A DNA stretch of 64,000 bases from positions 32,242,001-32,306,000 of the forward strand of contig CM052816.1 of the NCBI GenBank assembly GCA_028534125.1, given 5' to 3'. The notes under the pieces are model-generated. The model saw only the letters and a list, made by a program, of their open reading frames with translations. It was not told where the DNA came from and did no database searches. The position numbers and the translations under genes were made by a program. This document shows, one piece after another, positions 26,567 through 39,559 of this stretch. Within the stretch, counting starts at the first letter, position 1. Every line of letters starts with the position of its first letter. This stretch comes from Lama glama. Its lineage: Eukaryota.

Positions 26567-29500
26567 GTGATAGACACTTCCGTCCCCTGATTCTACCCCC
26601 TGCCCCTTCTCCCACACTGCCTATCTCTGAAACAAGCAAATGACATGTTTTCCTATGGTACAATTTTTCTCTATAGGTAAAAACTGACAAGGCTTAACAA
26701 ATACAATATTGACAAAATTCCAGTTTCCAGAATGCTAACAAAGTGGCCATGCCCACATATTCCAGAGAAGAGTGAAGGGAATGAGGGCTGCAGTTTCCGT
26801 TTCCGTTCCCCCTTCTTGGGCTTCCTCCTAACCTAAGCACAAGATACAGCTATACAGCTGCACCCCAGTTACGGTAAGACTGGATGTCAGACATATCTCC
26901 TAATTCACAGTCCTACTGGACACTGATATAGACTGCATGGCCATAGATCCAACAGGTTGGTTTCTTTATTTCACTGTCAGGTTTTGGCTGAATGGTCAAA
27001 TTTTTGCTGAAAATCAGTATAGTTTCTCTGCAGTTCGGTCTTACTCTGTGGGGCTCCCCTCACCTATCCTTTAAATATTCAGACTGCCCAGGTTTCAGTC
27101 CATCATTTCCTGCCCTTGCAGCATATTTAGAGATATGCTTCCAAGGCTAGGATCTTAATCCTTCTCTGGACCCCTGGGTCAGGAATAGCACCTCCCATTC
27201 AACTCAAAAACTCCTTTCTTGGTTCTCAGGCTGCCCTGCACTAACCCGAACTCCCTCCTTTAGTTTTCCTGGTGGTCTCAAGGGCTCTGGCTGTGTGATC
27301 CATCCCTCTCCCCAGTCCCCCTTTTCTCTATACTTTTCATTTGCTTAAAGTATCTTTTATTTTTTCAGACTAATTTGATATGTTAGATTTCCAATAAATT
27401 CTTCTCACAGTCCAAGCAACATTGTGGGTCTTTAGCTCATTTGAAGAGAAGGAATGGCAGATCACCTTAAGTGCAATAAATTATTAATAAATTTCTAATG
27501 AATTACATTAGCTTCTTCTACTTTTCAAAAGCCTCTCTGAGTCATTATTTATATCCCTTTTCTCTGAGGAAATGGTTCCTAACCAGGTTAAGCCATTTTA
27601 TACAGAGAGCAACACTAATAATTTAGTTGACTTAGGGATATATCTCTGGCCTGCTGACCAGCAAAGACATTAAAAGCTCTTGCTGCTAAACTGATTGTCC
27701 CCTTCTTTTGGGAAATGTATCTGCATATTTCTTTACAATCTTCTCTTTGAATGGCTTAATGGGTTGAAATATAAAGCGATACTGATTGGTCCTATAAAAG
27801 GGAAAGAAGTATTGTCTCCTATCTTCCTCCTGTTTTTATCATCTTGAGGATGGTTACCATTTATCAAAAAACATTCTTTCCTTAGCAATGCTCTCCAGTT
27901 GGTTACCAGATCAATTAGAATGCCTGTGAATATGTTCCTTTCAGCCCTCTGCCCTCACATAAGCATCCAGAGGAATAAATGCCTATTTTTCCAATCATTT
28001 TCTGGCTATTTCATTTAGTTTCTGTTCCAAAAAATAAGCAGATACATCCCCTAAGGCTTTCATTAAAAATCCTTTCCAAATCCTACCTATTCTTCTCTCA
28101 CACTGTATAGCCTAATGGAGACACTGACATTAGCATAAGCCTAACTTACTTTAAAAAAAAAGAAAAGAAAAGAAAAGAAAAGGGAAAAAGGTCCAAACTG
28201 TCAATACAAGAGTCCAGGATATCCACCACCTTACCAAGGACTGACAGTGCACTCACACAATGAGCCCAGACCCTCCCTTGAGTGAAGGCTCTTGAGAATC
28301 TGAAGAACACATACATTGAATTGATCTCATCACATCACGGATAAAACTGACAGGAGAGAGCCTTTAGATCATTCTACTCCCTAGCCTACAAAATGAAGAA
28401 TTATCATTTATAACCATCATCTTTTCCCCATCATTGAAAACTCAATAAATACCAGTAACTGTAACTCTTGGTTTGTACCAAAACTTTTTATTTAACTGAC
28501 CTAGGAAGGCTGAAAATTCCATTTGGTGTTATAATTCAAAAACACAAGTGAGATGACACCTCTAAGAATATATATACATCCACTTTTTTGAGTCATTTGG
28601 ACGCATTATAGAAATAAATGAAGTGCACAACAAAAACAGTAGCAGTAAGAATCAGTCCTCGTGGGTGTGTGGGGATTGAGTATAAGAGAGGAAGTGATAA
28701 ACTGGGAAAGGAGAACAGGACACATCTCTCTTTACGCCACAGAAACTAAAGCAGGAAACTGGGGAAGAGTGTAGGAAGGGTTTTCTCCTACTTCCTTCCT
28801 CCCACAGGAAATCACTAATACTTTCTGAGAAAAGAGATAAGCCATCCAGTTTTTAGCCATTAGTGAAACAGCAATTTCTAAACTTAAGCATATTAGTGAG
28901 CACTGTCCTTTATAATAGCTCAAGAAAATTCTGCATAGAAAACACTTGACAATAATCCCCATTGTTTCTAAGGTAAACTCTCCCTCTTTTAAATATAACT
29001 CCAAAAATCTTGACTTCTAAAGAACACCGAGCAGATTAATATAGGAAATTCTAAGACTGTGCTAAAAACACTCCAATCCTTATTCAGAAGAAATTGAAGC
29101 AAAATGGGTAGCATATAGAAATCTATGCTTTTTAGGGAGTATTTTCAACGTGACTATATGACATGCCAGCCTTTTTGGAACCCTTGGTAGGAGCAGCTAG
29201 GTGGAGCTATTTGGTGTCCCCATTTCCTTCCTTGTTTCCTCCCCTGGATATGACCACTATTGAAGCAGGTTCAGCTCATTCTATTGGCCTGGCATCCTTA
29301 ATCCAGAGTGATCCTTTAAGAGGCCAGGTCAGTATTCACAGAGGAAGCAGTCCGGACATCCCCCTTATACCCTCTGCTCCCTCTATTCAGGGCCTCACTC
29401 CCTGGGCTGTCCCCAGAATTAACCTGGAAGCCCAGCATTCAGAGCAGACATAGATTTGATCTGGTAAAAATACCCAGCATCAACTCCCACACTAACTTCT

Positions 29501-30209
29501 ATCTCTAGAATTTAACTACCACCACTAGCCTTCCCCTAAGGCATTTCACTAGGTCACGATGAAAATTCAGATCTCTAGCACAATCACAATTTCTGATTCA
29601 GACAAAGAACCATGGCATTAAAAGTCAAAGCTATTGACAGAGCTTCTGATCTCCTGGGCCTTCTAGTAATATGTAATTCTTTACATAGTTCTGTTTTTTA
29701 TAGTTACTCCAAAGAAATAGGTTCTGATCTGTTTGATGATTTTGTAATTATTTAGGGATCTCGTTCTACATTTAAAGACTTGGAAATAGAGAAGTTACAT
29801 TGTTGACTCCCACGAAATAGCACATATTAAATATAATACTGCGCTGAAACAGTGGGATGGGTGAGTGTTGATGCTGAAACCTAAATAAAAATACCCCCAC
29901 ATTATTAAAAAGAATATCTAACTTTCATTACCATTTGGCATGCAAGGTTCTGGAGGAAGTCTTTCCCCATTTCTATTTTCAGAGCACCATTCTCCACAAA
30001 TTCGCTACTCAGCTTGCCTTGTTTTCCTGACATGATGGGGGAAACCCTACCAGGTTATCATTTTGACTGCTAGAAGACTAATATCACTAAGTAGCATATC
30101 CAAATGTTTCTTGCCTGATAATTAAGATCTGTAGTTTTGAGATCCATAGACTCTCAATGCCCCAGAAATGTCATGTGACATTACCTATTTCTGTGCTCTT
30201 TTTTACCAC

Positions 30210-30612
30210 TGTTCTGGGCTAAACTGTATCCCTCAACAATTCATATGTTGAAGTCCTAACTTCAGAATAGGACCCTTGGAGATAGGGTCTTTACAGAGGT
30301 AATTAAGTTAAAATGAGGTCATTAGGATGGGCCCTAATTCAATATGAGTGGTGTCCTTGTAAGAGAAGGAAACGTGGATACTGACACATACGGAGGGCAG
30401 AAGATGTGAAGACACAGGGAGAAGATAACCATCCACAAGCCAAAGAAAAAGGCCTAGAGCAGACCCTTTCCTCACAGCTGTCGGAGGAACCAGCTTTGCT
30501 GGCACCCTGATCTTGGACTTCCAGTCTCCAGGACAGCAAGACAATTAATTTCTGTTGCTTAAACCACTTAGTCTGTTATACTTTGTTACGGCAGCCCTAG
30601 CAAACTGATACA
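30210..30612 (+). mobile_element. MLT1B-like full MaLR LTR
   Basis: TG...CA ends, with ttcatatgttgaagtcctaac, taagttaaaatgaggtcattagg and gcagccctagcaaactgataca. Length is ~400 bp. Confidence 0.88.
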
Positions 30613-32989
30613 CTTCCCGAAGGAAGAAGGGTGCAGGAAGTTTAAAGATGCCAAAAGGACAGATTGTAAAACAGTAGGAAACAGGGGAGTTCATTAAGAT
30701 GACAAGTGGGAGCCAACAGGTTACATAAGAGTACAACTGTTATGCATTCCCGGTAAAGGAAAGGATTAATTTTAGGTCCTGCTGAACCACTCAAAAGGTG
30801 TAAATTAGAGAAAATTATCTATCTTTTCCTAGGTTTAAAGAAAAAAAAAACGTAGAACACTGAAATGCATGAAAGCAGCAAAAAGAAATCCATATTGAAA
30901 GTGTGTTAGGGTATCAAATTAAAATAAGTAGTCCTAACATTTGAATACGTAAGACACAATACAAAGACACAAGCCTTTGAAGCTGCTCAGTGGCAAATTC
31001 TAGGATTCCCTTCTAATGCTTAAGAAAGTCTCACTAACTGACTTATTCACTGGAAAATAGCAGTAAAAACAGTGTTAAGATAATTGTAGCATAGTGCAAC
31101 TTAGGCTGCTAAGAAATAGATTTCAGTTAAATTTATAGAATAATTGATAATGGATTTCTTCCAATAAAATTTTTAATACATATAAATTTCTTTCTGATAA
31201 ACACTGATAAATAAATGGCAACTTGAAATTAGTCATTAATCAATTTTGCCCCTCTGTTTCCCCATTTTTAAAAATGGAAAATTTGTGGTTACAGCCACAT
31301 AAATATTTAAGATACTCAAATTGAACTTTTTATCTTCCTGGATAGGAGCCAACAGAGGTGGCACAAGAAAGGGGCATACAACATATTATAAGTAACTTTA
31401 TTTTTGTTCTGATCATCCTCATCATATCATTGCACTCACTAAGATGGAGAAATATACCATCTAATGTTTCACAAAAGTTAAAGCATTTTTGTCTTTCATG
31501 CTGTGAAGAAAGTTGAATTCTCTTAACCATACATTATACTTTTTGTCTTAAGTATCAACCCTCTCCTTGGTTTTCTTTCCATGAGCCAGAATATTGAGTT
31601 CATTATCATCCTTCAAGCATACTCTTTGCCAAGGTTTACCATTATTTTTTTTATTAGTTTCAATTCTTCAGGGGAAGGGGTAGAGCCTTTAGAGGTGATG
31701 GATGGGGTGGAGGGCCCAAGGACTAACATGATTGTATAAGAAGCTACTGCTGGGTGATATATGGACATATTGGAGTAACACACACTAAAAGTGAGGAGGC
31801 AGCATGGAACAGTTGGCAGGACAACAGGCAGCCTAAATTACATCATTCATTTAATAGGTCTAACATATGGCAGCTATTAGATCTCCAAAACAAATGCAAG
31901 ACTAACCAGCACACTCATAGAAAAGAAGCTTCCATTCTTATTTTTGCTTATAAAAGTCTTCAGTCCAGGTTGCTGACAATTCCAACACAATAATATATAT
32001 TTCTAAATGCAATAATAATATAGATCTTGCCAAGAAACTAACAGTTTCACCTGATAATATATAAAGTGTTAATTGTTCTTACAAATTCTTTATGGAGCTC
32101 TGTAGGAACTCAAGTGGATAATTTAATGGTTTTAAGCAGCAATTCTGTAATATATAAATCAGCTCATAATTGTTTTCAGAATGAAGGATACAAATGCTCT
32201 ATATTAAAGGTGGCCTTTGCTTAAAGTAAGTGAAAGCTTCAATTCTGTCATTTCCCAGTTAATCTCACTTTTGTGTTACCAAAAAAAGGAGAAAGCTTCA
32301 GTGGTCTTTTGGGGACCTAATTTTCCCCCTATTCTACATGGTTTTCAAATAGTTCGAGAAAAAAAAAAAAGAGGATAAAAGAGCAAGGTAAAACCACTAT
32401 CACCTACTAATAATCACTGGAATTTTTTTTAACCATACTTAAGTAAAATCCTCCATCTAGATTCTAGTTCTTCTGGTGAGATACCCTTAAAGTCTCACAC
32501 TCTCTGCAAATACTCCAGAAGGGAAATGGCCTAGGACTGACAGATATATACAAAACAACTTTGCACCAAAATTCAAACAGGGACCCAGAAATTACTTTAT
32601 TCCTCATTGCCTAGCTCTGAATTCTATGCTTTATCCATGTCATTCCCAGGCATGACCCAAAGTGCAATCCCTTCTTATCCCTCGAACTTCATCCCATTCA
32701 GTTTGGCCCTTTGCTTATTTGATCTGACTTCTCTCTCCCATCTACCTTCCTTTTACCAATTGTCTAAGGCTCTACAGTGGAATATCATTCTTCTGCCCAG
32801 ACATTTCCAACATTTTTAACTGTTTTAACCCAGTATCCATTCACCTTTTTCCATACTGCATTATCCCAATCTTCCTCTGGAAAACCAACTTCTTCCTCAT
32901 TCTGTCTTCTTAACAACAGAGTTAACTCCACCTCATCTCCAGAATTAAAGCATACAATTAAAGCATAATCAATCAAAGAATTATATTCT

Positions 32990-33260
32990 ACTCCACTCCT
33001 CTAACCATCCATGCCACTTTGTGTTGATGATGAATTTAGGATGAGCATCTGAACCAATAAGGTCCAATGAGATGCAAGGAGATGTTCTGGAACTGCTGAC
33101 AAAGACAAACTCTGTTCTACTGGGCACTGCCTGGGAGCATATGACCTGGAGTATTGGTAGACATATTTCCAATACATGAAACCCAAGAATGAAGCCATAC
33201 TGAAAAATCCAGAACCAAGAGGTGGTGCAAGACCATTGTGAGACCTTTATCTGGTCATTT
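32990..33260 (+). mobile_element. Old MaLR LTR fragment (MLT1J-like)
   Basis: Contains ccaatgagatgcaaggagatgttctgg and aagaatgaagcca. Confidence 0.55.
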
Positions 33261-33949
33261 ACTTCTTATATTACTACTTAATTACCTTAGGAGTGGAATT
33301 GTATATCCCTTGATATCAGCTCCTGGATGTTCCTTTGTACCTCAACCATGTCTAACACAGTTATGTACTTTCTCTACCAAAAGAGAGAGAATTACAATAA
33401 ATGTAATAAATAATGTGTACATCTTTGCCCCCACAACCTGAGATTAATCTGAGATGTAAAGTGCTCTTCCTCAATTTACCTTTCACAGTGTGAGCATCTC
33501 ATCACACTGCACATGATTTCACAATTTAAAGAAACTTCTAAAATACAACGCTGTCCCTAAATACAAGGCACTTACTTCATATGAAGCTCAACAGAAGATT
33601 TAAGAAAAATTTAGGGTAACTGTCACTGTGAATTCTTGCTTTAAGTGCTGATCATGACCAAACTCCCAAATAATATGTGACTCTCCTTTGTATGACAGGC
33701 TATGCAGACCATGGTCATACTTTAAATTCATAAGGAGAGACTGATGTGGTTTGAGACTCTGTAGCAGGAGCTTGATATGGCATTTCTTCATATCATACTG
33801 CAGGAGAAAACTGTTTACTTCTCAGGGCCTGAATTGTCTCCAGAAACTTACTTGGGCTGCCAAAAAAGCTGATACAATGAAAACAACTCAAAGAGAGTGA
33901 CCTGTACACCTCTGACCATAATTTACTGTCATGAGTCCACAGGGGTGAG

Positions 33950-36250
33950 GGGTTGGGGGACTCATAGAGAAATTCCAATGTAAGAATGAGAACGTGTAAA
34001 CCTTTCTTTGTGTTCTTTTTTTTTTCTAATATTTTTTCCTTTTTAGCAAGCTCTTATGCTTCTCTGAGCCTCACTGTGGTTTCTGCAGAGGACAGCTGAT
34101 GAGTAAGAACCCAAGAACCTAAAGGTCCCAGCACCTGATTATCAGAGTGAAACTTCAGAGAGGTATCAAGGACTCCAATAGAGACTGACCTTGAGGTACA
34201 TCAAGGAAGGTGGACCACCAACTGCCTCACACAGATGTCTGTGCCCTCCTTCATCCTGGCACAGAGGAAAAATCAGAGTGAGCCACCTTACCACAAGGGG
34301 CTGTGAAAACTGCTCATTGTAAAGAATGGAGAGAATGGGAGACTTACAAGCACTATGACCACAGGACAGGTGGGATGAGGTAGGGTCTGGAGAGCCCAGT
34401 GTCTGCTGCTCCAAGGCCTCTGGCATATGGGAATACATGACAGGCTGCTCCGGCCCCACCTGCCGGGCATTCCATGCAGCCACTCCTCCGGAACTACACT
34501 CAGGCACCAGGGCTTGGAGCTCCTCTCTGAGGCTCATCTGGCTCCCATTCTCACCCTCCAGCCCAGGGGATCTCTCTCTAATCAGGGGAAGCCTGTTCTC
34601 TTCCTCCTACTGCTTCTAAATATTTTGCCCATATCCAAAAATACTCTTAGTTCCCTAAGGATTTAAGGGTTTGGAACACAACTCTGGAGAGACTCTTTCT
34701 ACACTGTCACTTCCCTTCCTGAGGTGATGAGCTCAGAGCAGACCATCTGCTCCAATGGAAGAGGAAAGATGTGCCAAAAGAAAATAATAAATCTCCAAGA
34801 TATTATTCTACCATATTTTCCCCCTGAATTAAATATTTACATCCCTGCGAAGAAAATTTACTCCACTTTCAGGTGTCACTCCTCACCCTCACCAAATGCC
34901 CCCTTCAAATACACACACCACAATCTCAGACCTGGGTCCAAATCCCTGAAGGATGAAAACTGCTGTGTACGAGGCAGACCCTGACCTCAGGATTGGTATT
35001 CTCTCCAGGTTCCCAAAGGAGAGATAGATAAGAACAGACCCTGGGTGAGTTTAACCCCTAGTTAGTTTCCTTATCTGAGGTCACCTATGAAACTCTCCCA
35101 TCTCCCATCAATAATTCCTTCACAACCTGCCCCCCAAACTCATCCATCATTTCCACTGAATTAAGGAGCCCATTTCACCCAAAAAGTAAGAAGCTGTTGT
35201 TGCCTTAAATGAGGTAGCAGGTGTTGTGAGCAGGCTCCCCAACCAGAATCTCTACTTCATTCCCAAAATCTCTCTAACAAGATCTTTAGGCTTCAGAGGT
35301 ATGGAGAAAGAAGAGATATAGGAGTTTACTGAGCCCAGACTCTGGTTTCTTGAAAGTACAAAGGGGCTCTATTCTTTGGTCCTCTCAGTTTTCTGAGACC
35401 CTTTCTTCCTACCCTCATCAAGCATGCCTTAGCCCCAGAGTTAGTGGCTGAGGGTTTCCCTTCAGGCAAAGTTGCCATTAAAATGGTCTTTTCTTCCTGT
35501 AAACAAAACAAAGCAGGGCATGCCTACGCTTCATCAGTCTTAGAAAGGTTTTCTAATGCAGAGCAGTGCCCTCTAGAGGCTTGTTAGGGAGTCCCATCTT
35601 CTTCTCCCAAGAAAGCATCTGACTGTGGTTCTGGCCATTGCATCAATTCATTAACACAGTAAGGGGACACCCATTGGTAGAGCACCAGGATCTTTCTGCC
35701 TTGGAAGCTACCTTACAAACAACCTAGGTAAGGGTATCCCGAAAGAGGTACTGTGGTACGTACCCATCTATGCCATCTGACACTGACAGGGTCTGAGCTG
35801 GTATTGCTGGAATCATTCCGTTCTCCCCAGAATCTACTCTTCACATCCAGAGTCTGAGAAAGATACCTTGAAAAGAACATCCCATGCACCTACCTTTGTA
35901 ACTACCTTCCTGACACTTAAAGACCTCAAATCCATCAACTTTATTAACTTTTCATTTGTCCTCTCTTGCTTCTGCCTACCACCTGCAGGTTGCTCTAAAA
36001 CTTTACAGCATTTTTGTAAAACTCTTGCCAACTTGATCTCTCTAGAGCCCACTGGCTTTCTGATCACTGATGTCTTCTAAGCACTTGCCTTATGTCTGCA
36101 CAGCATCATGAGCATTGCCCCCAAAATGACCCTAATTCTAGAGTGTATCTACAATCTGCAGTCCAGAAATATGCTCCCTGAGGTAGGGTCTGGAGAGCCA
36201 AGTGTCTGCTGCTCCAGCCTCTGTCAGGAGTTCCAGACAGGTCTCCATGG
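33950..36250 (-). mobile_element. Decayed Ty3/Gypsy (MamGyp-int-like) internal region: PNMA-like gag plus protease remnant
   Basis: Minus-strand translations across stops and frameshifts are colinear with PNMA1/2: KVGAWDVLFKVSFSD (~35850-35895, cf. GKGGVWKVLFKPPTSD); ILRSGSA..ILQ...P...C..LKGAFG (34891-34996, cf. SLRGPAA..IL...P.....C...LEQVFG); LEQMV (34741-34756); LRELRVFLDMGKIFR (~34616-34661). These are followed by a degenerate knuckle C-WNARQVGPEQPV-C (34436-34480) and protease-like VGGPPSLMYLKV..LDT..EVSL (34148-34223). Confidence 0.68.
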
Positions 36251-36760
36251 GTATCTGATACAAGTCCCAACCCTCAAAGCAGGTGTGCCACTAACATGGC
36301 ATTACTTTTCTATGATTCAGTCTAGCTTTTATTTCAAGCTCCATTTTACTGGAGGGGTTAAAATTTAATCTGTTGGTTCAGCATTCTTCCTTTCACACTT
36401 CCCCTTTCCTGGGTTGTTTCTAAGTTCCAGGGATTCCACAGTGCCGTGCTGTTGGTCACCTACTGAGGCATCTCATGTCCTCTCTGGTCCTCTCTCATCA
36501 TCACCACTAAGACCTCCCTCACTCCTGTCCACAGAGCCTTGGCAAATCCAGCAACTTTTCCCTCTGCTTCTGAGCCCTGCTTGAGGGATCCAAGAACCTC
36601 CACGAGGACATCTGTGGCTGGCTGCTGAAATACACCATGTAGCAGTTCCCATTCTGAATTGACTCCTTCCCCGATGGTTTCTCCTGGAAAATAGGACATA
36701 AAGCCATACTCTCTCAGACCCCATAAATCTATCGGAAATTGCACATCCTCCAGTTTATTT
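36250..36760 (-). mobile_element. 5' LTR remnant of the Gypsy element (MamGypLTR-like)
   Basis: Minus-strand AATAAA at 36328-36333 and an LTR-end-like tract gcacacctg...gatac, followed by TGG (PBS-like, 36247-36245). Segment 36305-36369 aligns with 15861-15924 in this window. The far boundary is approximate. Confidence 0.55.
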
Positions 36761-37657
36761 GGAATTAAGTCTCAGAAACACTAGTCATTCTCCATTGAGT
36801 GTCTGACCTGAAAGATTATGTAGCATGGCCATTTTCCACCTGTGCATGGAAAAGCAAAGAAAGCTTGTGTTCTAAGAATGAAGCAAGTCCCCATAAAAAA
36901 GCAGAGAAATAAAGAAAAAGATCCAGAGAACTGCTACTTGGATCCTAATTTTTTTTGGTCATAGTTCAGTCCTTTGTGGGGCCAGAATGAACATCTGCTT
37001 TGGATTCTGTGATATAAACTTGTATCTTTCCAATAAACTTTAATTTGCATAGGTATCTATTAAAGTGGATTCACATTTTACCTATAGATTTGATGTTAAA
37101 GTCAGTAAGTGAAAAAAAATCACATACAACATTGTGTATTCTTAAAATATCTTACATTGCTTAAAAACTGTAGTATGCATTTTTTACAACTTGCAAGATG
37201 ATTTTATTGGCTCCCATAATTATTCCCTTATAAATGTTTCACCACTGACTTCAATTAATTCCTCAATGCTTTCTTCAAGAATGTAGGTGAATCTTCAACA
37301 CTAACTTACCTACTCACTTACACAATACATTTCTTTCCATTGTCAATGATAAGAATATTTTTAGATGAAATCATTTGTACATTATTTCCACAGGTTTGAC
37401 CAATCTGCACTAACTATTGACTATTTCAATCCCCTGTATGATTTAAACTCTCACTCTATGAATCTCTTTCCTTCATTTTCTCTCTTGCTCTCATTCTTCA
37501 TTTGGGGAAAATTTGAAGTTGAGTAAGTTAATTATGCATATGATGAAATCCTATTATACCTGCAAACAAGCAGAGGACATACTACTTTTCAGACAACTCC
37601 TACATTTTGCCAGTAAGGAAACTAAGGCCCAGAGTGCTCATTGTCACTTCAGAAGTA

Positions 37658-37907
37658 TGAAGTAGTGATTAAGAACATAAGACCTGGAATCAGCTACCAG
37701 GGTTAAATCCTGGCTCCACTACCAACTAGTTATGTGCCTTCAGGCAAGTTCCTTAATCTCTCTGACCTCAATCTTTTCCTCTACAAAGTAAGTATGATTA
37801 TAATAGCATATACATTACTGAGGTGTTATGATTAAACAAAAGAGTATAGGTAAAGGGCTTTAAGCAGTAGCTAGCATGTAGTCAATGTTCAATATATGTT
37901 AGCTATT
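37658..37907 (+). mobile_element. Near full-length MIR, inserted in an opposite-strand MIR
   Basis: Contains gtgattaagaaca...aaatcctggctccact...ggcaagttccttaatctctctg...atgttagctatt. Confidence 0.8.
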
Positions 37908-38969
37908 GGTTTTCATTTGTTCAAGGACATGAGACAATTAGTAGCAAAGCCGGAAGAAAAACTGAGTTTCCCAAATCCCTGGCTGGTGCTCTTCCCTGTG
38001 CCAGGCTCTCTATCATGTGCCATCAACACAGTGCCTGGCCAATAGTAAGCAGTCAATATATGATCACAGGATGAGTGCAGCAGGATCACAGAGCAGAAAC
38101 TCACATATATAGGAATTTCAGTGATAATAATGATGAGTCAAGCAGATCCTTGCTAAAATAATCATTCACTTAGGAAAATGTTCAGCATACATTTCTAAGT
38201 AGTCCACAAATTTGACAGCAATGGTCTTAAATATATATATACATATATAAATCTGTATAAAATAATGTAGCCATTCTATGAATCAAAATGTTAACACTAT
38301 GGTATACAATTTGGAGTGGTTTTTGTTCTCCTTTGGCTTTTCTTCATTTTCAAGTGCTCTGCAGAGAGCATGAGTTATTTTTTTTAACTAGAAGCAAATA
38401 AATGATTTTATTTAAAGGTGATGGGACTAATTTAAGGAGGAGTTGAATTCAAATGTAAGAATTATTGGTGTTATTCTTTGTCAGTAATTCTTCATAATTC
38501 TTAGTTTCATTATGAAATTTTTATGAATTCAATGTGAACAACTCAAGATTATAAAAGCAATTACATTTAACTTCAATTACAACTAATAACTGTTCCACTT
38601 CTACTCACATGACACCTGGTGGAAGTGCTGCTCCAGTGGTTTGGTCTAAATGACCTATAAGTGCACAGTTGTTGTCTAATTAAGAAAAAAAGTTTTTCAA
38701 AAAATCTCAGGTACACCATATCCTGAGGTCAGAAATGTCGCATTTGGTTTGAAGTTACAGGTCATATACTCCTAAATGAATGAGTAAATAAATGCACAAA
38801 TGGCCAATAATAAGAGGTAGATACCATGCAGTATGTGACACAATGTCAAGTTATCGCCAGGAAAACATTTAACTCACTGGGGTTTGCTTTTTGAAGTGTT
38901 CCCCTTCTCTTCCCCCTTTTGCCCGCTGTAATGAATTGAAGTGAGTGACTACAGTGGTGGAATACTGGG

Positions 38970-39460
38970 TGTGCTGAGCAGCCTTTGAAATGGCCTCCAG
39001 TGATTCCTACCTCCTCGTACTCATGCCTTCTATTATCCTCTCTCCTTGAGTGTGGGCTCAAAACCAATACAGTATGCAAAAGTGATAGGCTGTCACTTGC
39101 AAGATTAGGTTACCAAAGACAAAGATTTCCATCTTGGATATCCGCTCTCACTCTCTTGATCTGAGGGAAGCCAGCTGCTATGCTGTGAGCTGTCTACAAC
39201 TATATGTCTCCATGCAACAGTCGAGAAGGAGCTGAGGGCTATCAACATGTGTGTCAGCCTGGGGAAACAGATCCTCTCCAGTGGAGGCTTCAGAAGATTA
39301 CAGCTTTGATGGACACCTTGACTGCAGACTTGAGAGGGACCAGACCAGTTAATCCACATCCAGATTGCTGACTCATAAAAACTGTGAAATAATAATGTCT
39401 GTTGTTTTAAGCCACTAAGTTTGAGAGTAATTTGTTATGCAGTAGTAGATAACTAATAGA
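38970..39460 (+). mobile_element. MaLR LTR (MLT1E/F-like)
   Basis: Contains ccttgagtgtgggct, and ends ttttaagccactaagtttgagagtaatttgttatgcagtagtagataactaata. Confidence 0.8.
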
Positions 39461-39559
39461 CCAGAGAGCAAAAAGAAAGCTTAAATCAATACCATATGAT
39501 ATAATAAAAATAATAATAATAAGAGCCATAAAAGTTAGAAAAATTTAGGCAAAAAATAA

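Noticed and set aside
26740..27400. Possible additional ancient LTR on the minus strand
   Set aside because: Only an AATAAA and a compositional hint; termini and family could not be supported.
27783..27802. ATTGG next to TATAAAAG as a core promoter
   Set aside because: The motifs are only a few bp apart, with no CpG island or downstream exon structure.
34005..34045. A-rich run (minus strand) read as the poly(A) tail of a processed PNMA pseudogene
   Set aside because: There is no upstream AATAAA or TSD. Protease-like similarity continues past it (KG..LEF at ~33970-34003), and an LTR/PBS precedes the gag, which favours a proviral relic over a retrocopy.
34616..34680. TLKSLG..GKIFR resembling the PNMA2 N-terminus, suggesting a second gag copy
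   Set aside because: Needs a frameshift and an insertion. Another frame (LRELRVFLDMGKIFR) fits the capsid C-terminus in the correct colinear position, so this is probably coincidence.
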